Translations under genes and position numbers: made by a program | Part shown: positions 50,678-58,085 of the stretch, in pieces | How positions within the stretch are numbered: position 1 is the first letter of the stretch | Layout: every line of letters starts with the position of its first letter | Virus record (IMG/VR): IMGVR_UViG_3300047199_000067 | Location: 1 to 58,085 of that record | Reading direction: 5' to 3' (one strand) | Length of the DNA: 58,085 bases | From: a virus | Lineage: Duplodnaviria > Caudoviricetes | The notes under the pieces: generated by a model | Seen by the model: the letters and a program-made list of their open reading frames with translations, nothing else | What the model was told of the DNA's origin: nothing | Database searches by the model: none

Positions 50678-50716
50678 AATAAATAGGAGAGAAGAAATTC
50701 TCTCCTATTTATTTTT
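50678..50716 (+). terminator. Intrinsic terminator
   Basis: AATAAATAGGAGAG/CTCTCCTATTTATT stem with T-run. Confidence 0.8.
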
Positions 50717-50718
50717 AG

Positions 50719-50747
50719 TTGACATTGATGTTCTGATGATGTATAAT
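50719..50747 (+). promoter_or_regulatory. Consensus sigma70 promoter for HNH gene
   Basis: TTGACA-17bp-TATAAT; ATG 7 nt downstream. Confidence 0.85.
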
Positions 50748-50753
50748 GTCGAT

Positions 50754-51221
50754 ATGCCTAAGGGTTTTTATATTACAAAAGAGGGCTATATTAAGGTCAT
50801 TAAGCCGAAAGACCACCCGAATAAAGGACGTTATATCTTTTTGCATAGACTTGTTATGGAGAAAAAATTAGGAAGATATTTACGTTCAGAGGAAAGAATT
50901 TATCATAGAGACGGCAATAAGCAGAATAATGCAGAAGAGAATTTAGAGTTGTTTGCAAACCAAAGTGCGCACGCACAGAGAGGAGTTATAGAAGGCAGAA
51001 AATATAAATTGTTATGGGATAAAGAGTGGATGATAGAACAATATATAAATAGGCAAAAATCGTGTAGTGAAATCGCAAAACAAGTTGGATGTAGAGAAGG
51101 AACGGTTAGGAACGCTTTAATAATACAAGGATTTAAGCGGCGTAGATATACGTTGACAAAACTCGCACTTGATAGTAGACTAAAAGGGGTTATGGTTAAA
51201 AAATTAAGGTCGAGAAAATAG
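50754..51221 (+). CDS. HNH homing endonuclease with C-terminal HTH
   Basis: HRLVME..LGR.L...E..H.DG...NN..ENL; SEIAKQVGC...TV. Confidence 0.82.
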   Translation: MPKGFYITKEGYIKVIKPKDHPNKGRYIFLHRLVMEKKLGRYLRSEERIYHRDGNKQNNAEENLELFANQSAHAQRGVIEGRKYKLLWDKEWMIEQYINRQKSCSEIAKQVGCREGTVRNALIIQGFKRRRYTLTKLALDSRLKGVMVKKLRSRK

Positions 51222-51237
51222 AAAAAGGGGGACAAAG

Positions 51238-51798
51238 ATGAAAACACGTCAGAAAATTCCTGCCAGTATCAGTACAATTCTCAAAAAAAATAATTTAGGT
51301 ATCAAGCTCGATGTCGGTTGCGGCAGTAATAAGCAGCCTGGCTTTGTCGGTATGGATAAGAGGAAGGTCGAGGGAGTAGATATAGTCCACGACGCAGAAG
51401 TGTTCCCTTATCCATTACCAGATAATTGCTGTTCGCAAATATTGATGAGCCATTTAGTAGAGCATATCAAGCCCTGGTTGATGATAGATTTATTCAATGA
51501 ATTATGGAGGGTAATGCAACCAGAGGGGCAGTTATTAATATCTGCGCCCTACGGAGGGAGCTTCGGATTTTGGCAAGACCCGACCCATTGTAACGGATGT
51601 AACGAGGCAACGTGGACTTATTATGACCCCGATTATTTTTTATATAGGATATATCAGCCGAAGCCCTGGAGGATAGCAAGGAATGCCTGGTGGGAGACAG
51701 GCAATATGGAAGTCATAATGGAAAAAAGATTAACGGCAGTAATGTTAGAAAACCCGAAGGGCTTACCTACCAACGAGAATAAGGGGGTGGCAAAGTGA
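51238..51798 (+). CDS. Class I SAM methyltransferase (type 11-like)
   Basis: LDVGCG, H..EH, RV..P.G, DPTH. Confidence 0.85.
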   Translation: MKTRQKIPASISTILKKNNLGIKLDVGCGSNKQPGFVGMDKRKVEGVDIVHDAEVFPYPLPDNCCSQILMSHLVEHIKPWLMIDLFNELWRVMQPEGQLLISAPYGGSFGFWQDPTHCNGCNEATWTYYDPDYFLYRIYQPKPWRIARNAWWETGNMEVIMEKRLTAVMLENPKGLPTNENKGVAK

Positions 51799-52607
51799 AG
51801 AAGAAAACTATACAGTCAAATATGCAAGCCCCTAAGAGGGACGTATGGCAGGGATGGCAGAAGAAGGTTTGTATCGCAGTACCGACGACAGGGCAGGTTA
51901 GGGTGGAGTGGATGATGGCGAGGTTCAGCCAGGTCATACCAGTCAATTGGGCTAACGGAGATATATTCCAATATTTCGACCAATATTCGCCTATGGGATG
52001 GGCGGTAGCAGACGCAAGGAATTGTTGCGTACATTATTCCGTAACGGGCGGATTTGAGTGGACGCTGTTCATAGACCACGATGTGATATTACCGCCTGAT
52101 TGTTTCTTGAAGATGAACGAATATATGAGAAGCAAAAAGTACCCCGTGGTGTGCGGGCTTTATTATTGCAAAGGGTCGAACCCAGAGCCGTTGTTATTCA
52201 GAGGCAGAGGAACGTCGTATTACGATAAGTGGAAAAGGGGAGACAAGGTTTGGGTAGACGGAATCCCGATGGGGTGTACGTTGATACATAATAGCGTGAT
52301 GAAAGCCATATATGACGTATCAGAGCAATATACTTTAAAAACCCTGGGTGGTCCGCAGGTCAGCAGGAGAGTATTCGAGACTCCAAGAAAGGTATGGTAT
52401 GACCCCGAAGCAGGGACGTACAATACACAGATAGGGACAGAGGATTTATTCTGGTGCGACAGGGTGATGAAAGAAAAGATATTCGAGAAGTCGGGTTGGA
52501 AGAAGTTTCAAAAGATGCAGTATCCGTTTCTTTTAGATACTTCAATATTCTGCCAGCATATTGACGAGAGAGGTTTTATGTATCCTGCCAATGTAGGCAT
52601 ACGATAA
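51795..52607 (+). CDS. GT-A fold glycosyltransferase
   Basis: ARN, FIDHD (DxD), G.GC.LI, EDL.WC. Confidence 0.8.
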   Translation: MKKKTIQSNMQAPKRDVWQGWQKKVCIAVPTTGQVRVEWMMARFSQVIPVNWANGDIFQYFDQYSPMGWAVADARNCCVHYSVTGGFEWTLFIDHDVILPPDCFLKMNEYMRSKKYPVVCGLYYCKGSNPEPLLFRGRGTSYYDKWKRGDKVWVDGIPMGCTLIHNSVMKAIYDVSEQYTLKTLGGPQVSRRVFETPRKVWYDPEAGTYNTQIGTEDLFWCDRVMKEKIFEKSGWKKFQKMQYPFLLDTSIFCQHIDERGFMYPANVGIR

Positions 52608-52828
52608 GGAGGATAGGTATGGATGGAGATTTAGGCATAGACGTCAATGAGTCGGTAAGGGCTCAAGAAGCCTTCGGCGATTTAGCGCAGAAGCTCAAAG
52701 CAAAAGGCATAGGCGGTACTCTGCACCTGGTCAATGAGGAAGATAAAATAAAGGTCATAGACTCGGCTTGGCAGTTAAGCAAGACTATGGGTATGCCAGT
52801 AATAATTGTCGTGAGAGCAAGATAAGGG

Positions 52829-52857
52829 TTGACAAAAAATAGAAGATATGATATGTT
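52829..52857 (+). promoter_or_regulatory. Sigma70-type promoter preceding a structured non-coding region
   Basis: TTGACA-17bp-TATGTT with TG extension. Confidence 0.65.
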
Positions 52858-52861
52858 TATT

Positions 52862-53072
52862 ATGGAGTGAGGAAAGGCTAAGTCAGGCGAAGGGTGCAAA
52901 CCCGATGTAACCGAAGCCACGCCGCCCGCTCCATCGATAGGTCGTCTAATGACAGCAGAAAGGCGACGATTGTATCCTATATAAGGTGCAATTAAGAAGC
53001 CCTGGTTAGGATAATTGGCGACTAATTCGTCTGTATGGAGGGTATTATGACAGAACGAGTTAGTCTTTTTTT
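52862..53072 (+). ncRNA. Candidate structured ncRNA/leader ending in a terminator hairpin
   Basis: Multiple stems, GCAA tetraloop, terminator 53020-53072. Confidence 0.45.
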
Positions 53073-53171
53073 GTTTTGCGACGCCGTAAAAAAGAGTAGG
53101 TTGGGTGTCCCCTGTCCTGCTTTTCGCCCTTAAACAAGGCGACGGCGTTCTTTTTATTTGTAGGAGGGTGT

Positions 53172-53351
53172 ATGTATAGTGAGTACCCCGACGACATAAT
53201 CAGACCCGTAGCATTTGTGATAAGCCAAGAGAAAGACAGGCAAGGAATAAGACATACGCCAGACGGGGATTGGCAGGACGCCATAAAGAGATTAGAAACG
53301 CAAGAGAGCGAAAGAATGAATATAATTCACAGAGGGGAAGTTGGCTATTAA
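53172..53351 (+). CDS. 59-aa hypothetical protein (not in ORF track)
   Basis: AGGAGG SD; MYSEYPDDIIRP... Confidence 0.45.
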   Translation: MYSEYPDDIIRPVAFVISQEKDRQGIRHTPDGDWQDAIKRLETQESERMNIIHRGEVGY

Positions 53352-53364
53352 GGAGGCGATATAA

Positions 53365-55350
53365 ATGGCGAATATAGCCCATAAAAATTTAACAGGAACA
53401 GACCTACATAATCCTAAAGGTTTCAATGTATTGACAACGGATACTATATTCGACATTGACGCTTCGGGGAATACTGTTTTTAATAATGTCCAGAACGATA
53501 GGAATTTTACTTTTAAGACTTCTGCAAGCGTAGCTTCTTTATTTGTAGATGGTGGAAATGGATACGTTGGAGTTGGGACTGCTTCGCCTGAAAGACATCT
53601 TGATGTTTATGGGACTGTTCACCCGACGTCAGTAAGAGTAAGAAAAGTAGATGATACAGCAAACGGTGCGTATCTTTCCTTGTGGCACGAAAGAACTAAT
53701 CCTGCTAACGGAGATACGGTAGGGACAGTAGGTTGGAGCGGGACTAATAGCACACCAGCAGTAGTTGATTGCGGAAGAATAGAGGTGGAGTTATCAGCAG
53801 TTTTAGCTGGTGCTGAATATTCAAAGATGCACTTCCAAGTAAGGAGCAATGGTGTTACGGCGAGGGTATTGACCATTTATAACGGTTTAATTGGAATTGG
53901 TAGGGAGACTCCGACCGCTCATATTGACGTTTATGATAATACTACTGGAAGCAAGCAGATTAAGTTTCAGAATAGCTCAAGGACAACGTCATACGGAGTT
54001 GATGATACAGGAGGGTATGCAGAGGTAACAGGAAACTATCCGTTCAGAATATATACAAACAGTCAGCAAAGAGTATATATATCAGGGGCGGGTCAGGTTA
54101 ATATAGGCGGGGCAACGCCTTCGTATGATTTAGACGTTACTACGACAGCGACGACAGGAACAATATTGGGGGTTAGAGGGAGTAGCTTAACAACAGGTTC
54201 GTTAGGTTATTTTTACTCAAATAGTGCTGATGTTTCAGTAAGAAACTTGGTAGATATAATCAATGACAATAGTGCTTCCGTAGAAACAACCTGTTTGGCT
54301 ATAAGACAAGACGCAGGTAAAAGAGCTATATACGTAGAGTGCGTAGGGGACGCACCAGCTTTAAGGGTAACTGGAACAGGTATCGCTACAAGTTCAGCAC
54401 TTCAAATATATGCTGATTCTTTAACTACAGGAAGGGCTGCTTATTTTTATAGCAATAGTGCTGATGTGTCTACTCGTCATTTAGTAGAAATAATTAACAA
54501 CAACGGGGGAGCGACTGGGACTGATTGCTTGAGAATTGGTCAAGGCTCTCCTAATTGGGCGTTGAATATTGTCCCTGCCAATAATGGTGTGATAATTTAT
54601 AGCACGTCTGCTACGACAGGAAACTTGTTGCAGGTAAATGATGTAAGTACTCTTACATCTGGAAGGTTGGCATATTTTTATAGTAATTCCGCAGATGTTA
54701 CAGCAAGAAATCTTGTAGAAATAGTTAATGATAATAGTGCGGCGGTTGGGGCTACTTGCTTGAAAGTAATCCAAGTCGGCGGTGGAGCGAGTTCAGCAAT
54801 CATAGTGACTACCGCAGCTACCACAGGATGCGGAATCTCTATGGCAGGAGACTCTCTGACAACAGGTCAGTTGGCTTCGTTCTATTCTAATGGGACGGAT
54901 GCTAATGCTCGTAATCTCGTTCAGATAATCAATGATAACTCAGCCGCTTCGGGAGCAAAGTGTTTATATGTTCAGCAAGATGCAGACCAACTCGCTTTTT
55001 ATGTAATCGCAGCCGTAACAACTTATTATGGGATATATTCAAGGTGCGATAGCTTGACTACAGGACAGGCTGGGAGATTCGTTTCTAATTCATCGAACAC
55101 GGGAGCGTTTCAGGTCGTAGGCATATATAACGATAATTCTCTGGCAACAGGCGCAGTGTGTTTATACGCTCAACAGGATGCAGCGAACGTAGCTATTGAT
55201 GTGAATAGTACAGGAAACGGTGCTCATATAAGATTTAGAGGAGACCCAACCGTAGCGAGCCCTGTTGATGGTGATATGTGGTTCACAGGAACGGAGTTGA
55301 GATTAAGAATCGGAACGACCACTTATAAAGCTACATTAACCGCAGTTTAA
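53365..55350 (+). CDS. Tail-fibre/spike-like protein with internal repeats
   Basis: G.VG.GT.SP...LDV fibre motifs; five repeats of the LTTG..FYSNS...RNLV.I.NDNS type; Gly/Ser/Thr/Asn-rich. Confidence 0.75.
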   Translation: MANIAHKNLTGTDLHNPKGFNVLTTDTIFDIDASGNTVFNNVQNDRNFTFKTSASVASLFVDGGNGYVGVGTASPERHLDVYGTVHPTSVRVRKVDDTANGAYLSLWHERTNPANGDTVGTVGWSGTNSTPAVVDCGRIEVELSAVLAGAEYSKMHFQVRSNGVTARVLTIYNGLIGIGRETPTAHIDVYDNTTGSKQIKFQNSSRTTSYGVDDTGGYAEVTGNYPFRIYTNSQQRVYISGAGQVNIGGATPSYDLDVTTTATTGTILGVRGSSLTTGSLGYFYSNSADVSVRNLVDIINDNSASVETTCLAIRQDAGKRAIYVECVGDAPALRVTGTGIATSSALQIYADSLTTGRAAYFYSNSADVSTRHLVEIINNNGGATGTDCLRIGQGSPNWALNIVPANNGVIIYSTSATTGNLLQVNDVSTLTSGRLAYFYSNSADVTARNLVEIVNDNSAAVGATCLKVIQVGGGASSAIIVTTAATTGCGISMAGDSLTTGQLASFYSNGTDANARNLVQIINDNSAASGAKCLYVQQDADQLAFYVIAAVTTYYGIYSRCDSLTTGQAGRFVSNSSNTGAFQVVGIYNDNSLATGAVCLYAQQDAANVAIDVNSTGNGAHIRFRGDPTVASPVDGDMWFTGTELRLRIGTTTYKATLTAV

Positions 55351-55421
55351 GGAGGTGAGCGCAAGGAACGTGTATAGTAAAAAGGGGACATTGATATTAA
55401 CCATATAACAAAACAGGGGGC

Positions 55422-55781
55422 TTGAAGAAGATGAAGGCAAAGAAGATAGACTTAAAGAATTATTTTGTAAAGAATAACGACCCGTTAGGCACGACAGAGT
55501 CCAAAGAGGTCGAGTATAACGTCAAAGAGGCGATGGTCAATATTATAACCAGTCCTCAACAGAAGCATAAAGGGTTTAGGCAGTTATATTATGATGATAT
55601 AGCAAGAGAAATCCTTAATGCCAAAGAGGATTTTATTATCTTAGACCAATCGAAGTATGATGAGGTCTATAAGTGTTTTGACGATATTATAGGGTACTCA
55701 AGGAACGATGCCGAGCTTCTACGCAGGATTAAAGACGCAGAGACGGTAGAGCTTGAGGAGAAGAAAGAGGACAAGAAGTGA
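55422..55781 (+). CDS. Hypothetical protein (possible fibre chaperone)
   Basis: Follows the fibre gene; helical and charged. Confidence 0.45.
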   Translation: MKKMKAKKIDLKNYFVKNNDPLGTTESKEVEYNVKEAMVNIITSPQQKHKGFRQLYYDDIAREILNAKEDFIILDQSKYDEVYKCFDDIIGYSRNDAELLRRIKDAETVELEEKKEDKK

Positions 55782-56218
55782 TAAGTCTTGTAATCAGAGG
55801 GTTATTGCTCGTAGCCTGTGGATGGCTATGGCGGATGGGCGGTAAGGAAGGCTACACGAAACTATTTCGCAGAGCAGGATGTGTCGCCACAATGGCTATA
55901 AGAATAATTTGGATACAGAACTGGCTTGGTTTGCTTTCTTTACCGCTCCTATTTTTGGCTTTTACTAAAGGATACGGCGAGAGTAGTTGGTTGATGATGA
56001 AGCTAAAGAATAAATGGCTCGTAAGGTTAGCTTGCGGGCTGATGTATTCGGCGGCTTCGGTGTTTATCCTATGGGGTAATTGGTGGTTATTCGGCTTTCA
56101 CGTAGCCGTTGTATCATTAGGGGTAATGCTCGCTGGTAATCAGAAGTTTAAGTTTGATGACCAGGCAGAGGAGTTTTATATAGGGCTACTCGTAGGGTCG
56201 TCTCCAATTTTAGCGTAA
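55778..56218 (+). CDS. Multi-pass membrane protein
   Basis: 4-5 hydrophobic segments. Confidence 0.6.
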   Translation: MISLVIRGLLLVACGWLWRMGGKEGYTKLFRRAGCVATMAIRIIWIQNWLGLLSLPLLFLAFTKGYGESSWLMMKLKNKWLVRLACGLMYSAASVFILWGNWWLFGFHVAVVSLGVMLAGNQKFKFDDQAEEFYIGLLVGSSPILA

Positions 56219-56230
56219 GATAGGTGGGTA

Positions 56231-58085
56231 ATGGCGAAATATTGGGTCATAGATGATTTAGGCAACCAGGTCGTTGATGACCTGGGTAATTTGGTTTGGG
56301 CTGGAGACGGTCCGCCAGAGTGGGAGGTCATTACCTATGATGAATCATCTTTAACAGAGGTAGCCACCAATTATCTTGACGTCTTAAATGTAGACACCTA
56401 TGAGCCTGAATATATCGTAATGACCGAGCATACCGACGTCTTGGATTTGGTAGTAGAGGTCGGGGTGCTTGCTGAATATAATTATGTAGTAGAGGATGTC
56501 GTCCCATCGTTGGACGTTCTGTTCGTACCTGTACTCTATGATGAAATCATAGAACAGGAAACAGTTTCAATATACCTCGATGTTCTTGTACCTTACCTAT
56601 ATGAAGTCCTGTCTATTCAGGAAGATACCGTTCTTGATGTCCTGATAGAAATATCTCAATATGACGAAGTAACCATCGAGGAAAGTCTATCAATAGATAA
56701 TCTGATAGATATGAGCTTATATGAGGAGGTTTCTGTAAGCGAGTATCTTGAAAACTATCTTGATGTGCTTGTCCCAGAGGTCTATGAAGGGGTAAGTGTT
56801 CTTGAGGATATTCAGACCTATATAGATGAGCTGTTTACTGATGTTTATGATGTTATCGTAACGACAGAAAATCTGGCTCAATATATTGATGAGTTGTTCG
56901 ATTTGTCTTATGACGAAGTCATAGTCCAGGAAGATATAGCTCTTTATATAAATGAACTGTTTGCGGAGAGGTATGAGGAAATATCTACGCAGGAGGATGT
57001 TCAGACCTATATTGGTATAGATATTGACATCTATGATGAGGTGAGTATTCAAGAGGATATTTATGCTTCTATTGATGTCTTGAATATTGAACTCTATGAC
57101 GAAATCCTCATTACTGAATCTGTCAGTATCCTTGACATAGTAATCGAAGTAGGCATAGTCGAGGAGACGGTAAGTGTAACGGATTATCAAGAGATACTTA
57201 TTACAGAACTGTTTATAGAGTCCTATGATGAGGTATCTATCACAGAGGATAGTGTTAATTCCCTGGACGCTTTATACCAGACGGCTTATGACGAGGTTAT
57301 TGTTGTAGAGTATATCGAGGTCGTGGACTTAGTCATAGAGACAGAGGTCTATGACGGGGTAGCAGTATCAGAATCTCTTGTTGTTCTCTTGCCATTACTC
57401 AATATATCTATATATGATGACATATCCGTTGAAGAATACTCCGAGTGTTATCTGCCAGGTCTTCCTTTAGAGATTGACGAGGCTATATCCGTTCAAGAAA
57501 ATGCCCAGCAATATCTTGACGCTTTATATTCTGATATTTATGATGAAGTCTTAATCACAGAGCATATTGACGTTCTTGATGAAGTGGTAGAGGTTGGGAT
57601 AGTAGAGGACACGGTATCGGTATCAGAGCAGAATAGTCTTTACCTGAACGAGTTATACGCAGAGCTTTATGATGAGATACAAGCGGTTGAAGCGGTATCT
57701 TTATATCTAAACGTATTATATACAGAGGTATACGATGAAGTAACCATAGCTGAATATACGGAGTTGCTCATAGGCGTAGAGTTATCCGTATATGATGAGA
57801 GCATTGTTACAGAATATTCTGTTCAATACTTGACAGAACTTTTCGTTTCTATATTCAGCGAGGTATCTATTCTCGAACAGGCAGACATAGAAGCTCTGAT
57901 TGGCATAGACATTTATGACCAAGTAGGTATTGAGGAGGATATTGCTGTCTATCTCGGTGTCCTCAACGCTGATGTTTACGAGATAATCGCTGTTTCAGAG
58001 TCAGTTAGCGTGCTTGATATAGTGGTCGAGGTAGGTATAGTATTCGATTTAATCAACACCACAGACGCCGTAGAAGGCATTAGTC
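56231..58085 (+). CDS. Very acidic ~20-23-aa repeat protein, open to the window end (not in ORF track)
   Basis: Hand translation MAKYWVIDDLGNQ... stays open for 618 codons; recurring YDEV.I.E units. Confidence 0.85.
   Translation, partial: MAKYWVIDDLGNQVVDDLGNLVWAGDGPPEWEVITYDESSLTEVATNYLDVLNVDTYEPEYIVMTEHTDVLDLVVEVGVLAEYNYVVEDVVPSLDVLFVPVLYDEIIEQETVSIYLDVLVPYLYEVLSIQEDTVLDVLIEISQYDEVTIEESLSIDNLIDMSLYEEVSVSEYLENYLDVLVPEVYEGVSVLEDIQTYIDELFTDVYDVIVTTENLAQYIDELFDLSYDEVIVQEDIALYINELFAERYEEISTQEDVQTYIGIDIDIYDEVSIQEDIYASIDVLNIELYDEILITESVSILDIVIEVGIVEETVSVTDYQEILITELFIESYDEVSITEDSVNSLDALYQTAYDEVIVVEYIEVVDLVIETEVYDGVAVSESLVVLLPLLNISIYDDISVEEYSECYLPGLPLEIDEAISVQENAQQYLDALYSDIYDEVLITEHIDVLDEVVEVGIVEDTVSVSEQNSLYLNELYAELYDEIQAVEAVSLYLNVLYTEVYDEVTIAEYTELLIGVELSVYDESIVTEYSVQYLTELFVSIFSEVSILEQADIEALIGIDIYDQVGIEEDIAVYLGVLNADVYEIIAVSESVSVLDIVVEVGIVFDLINTTDAVEGIS

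Noticed and set aside
52862-53010. tRNA or definite raiA-motif RNA
   Set aside because: No cloverleaf or T-loop; resemblance to raiA is only local and cannot be supported without a covariance search
53365-55350. Diversity-generating retroelement target
   Set aside because: No reverse transcriptase in the window and no adenine-specific template/variable repeat pair seen
1-58085. Numerous minus-strand ORFs in the track, including 43074-44702 (542 aa) and 56717-57190
   Set aside because: They lie antisense to well-supported + strand genes, lack motifs and SDs, and reflect the purine-rich strand bias
1-58085. Stop-codon reassignment
   Set aside because: Known genes are full length in code 11 and all three stop codons end genes

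Overview
This window is a 58 kb piece of a tailed dsDNA phage genome (Caudoviricetes-type, standard genetic code, essentially all genes on the + strand). In order it contains: (1) 1-6.5 kb, small early ORFs including a solo IS607-type serine recombinase, a P22 gp17-like protein and a SAM-dependent transferase; (2) 6.7-19 kb, a replication module (SNF2 helicase, AT-rich putative origin, DnaC-like loader, DnaB, primase, DnaE, SSB-like); (3) 18-31 kb, accessory genes including a split SbcC/Rad50 with SbcD, RmlA/RmlB, an HTH-sigma70 region 4 fusion, RuvC and an ACP-like protein; (4) 31.6-37.8 kb, a 7-deazaguanine DNA-modification operon (queD, queE, PRTase, folE, DpdL-like T-fold protein, radical SAM/SPASM, glycosyltransferase, and a TGT/DpdA-like protein whose C-terminus resembles a terminase small subunit), with no queC or queF; (5) a repeat-rich putative pac region, then TerL, portal, MuF, protease, scaffold and major capsid; (6) a glycosyl-/methyltransferase cluster among the structural genes, a promoter-driven structured non-coding region, a repetitive fibre-like protein, and a very acidic repeat ORF that runs off the window. 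The best candidate for an undescribed system is a deazaguanine hypermodification pathway physically fused to the packaging machinery. All annotations come from motif recognition by eye; no searches or counts were run.
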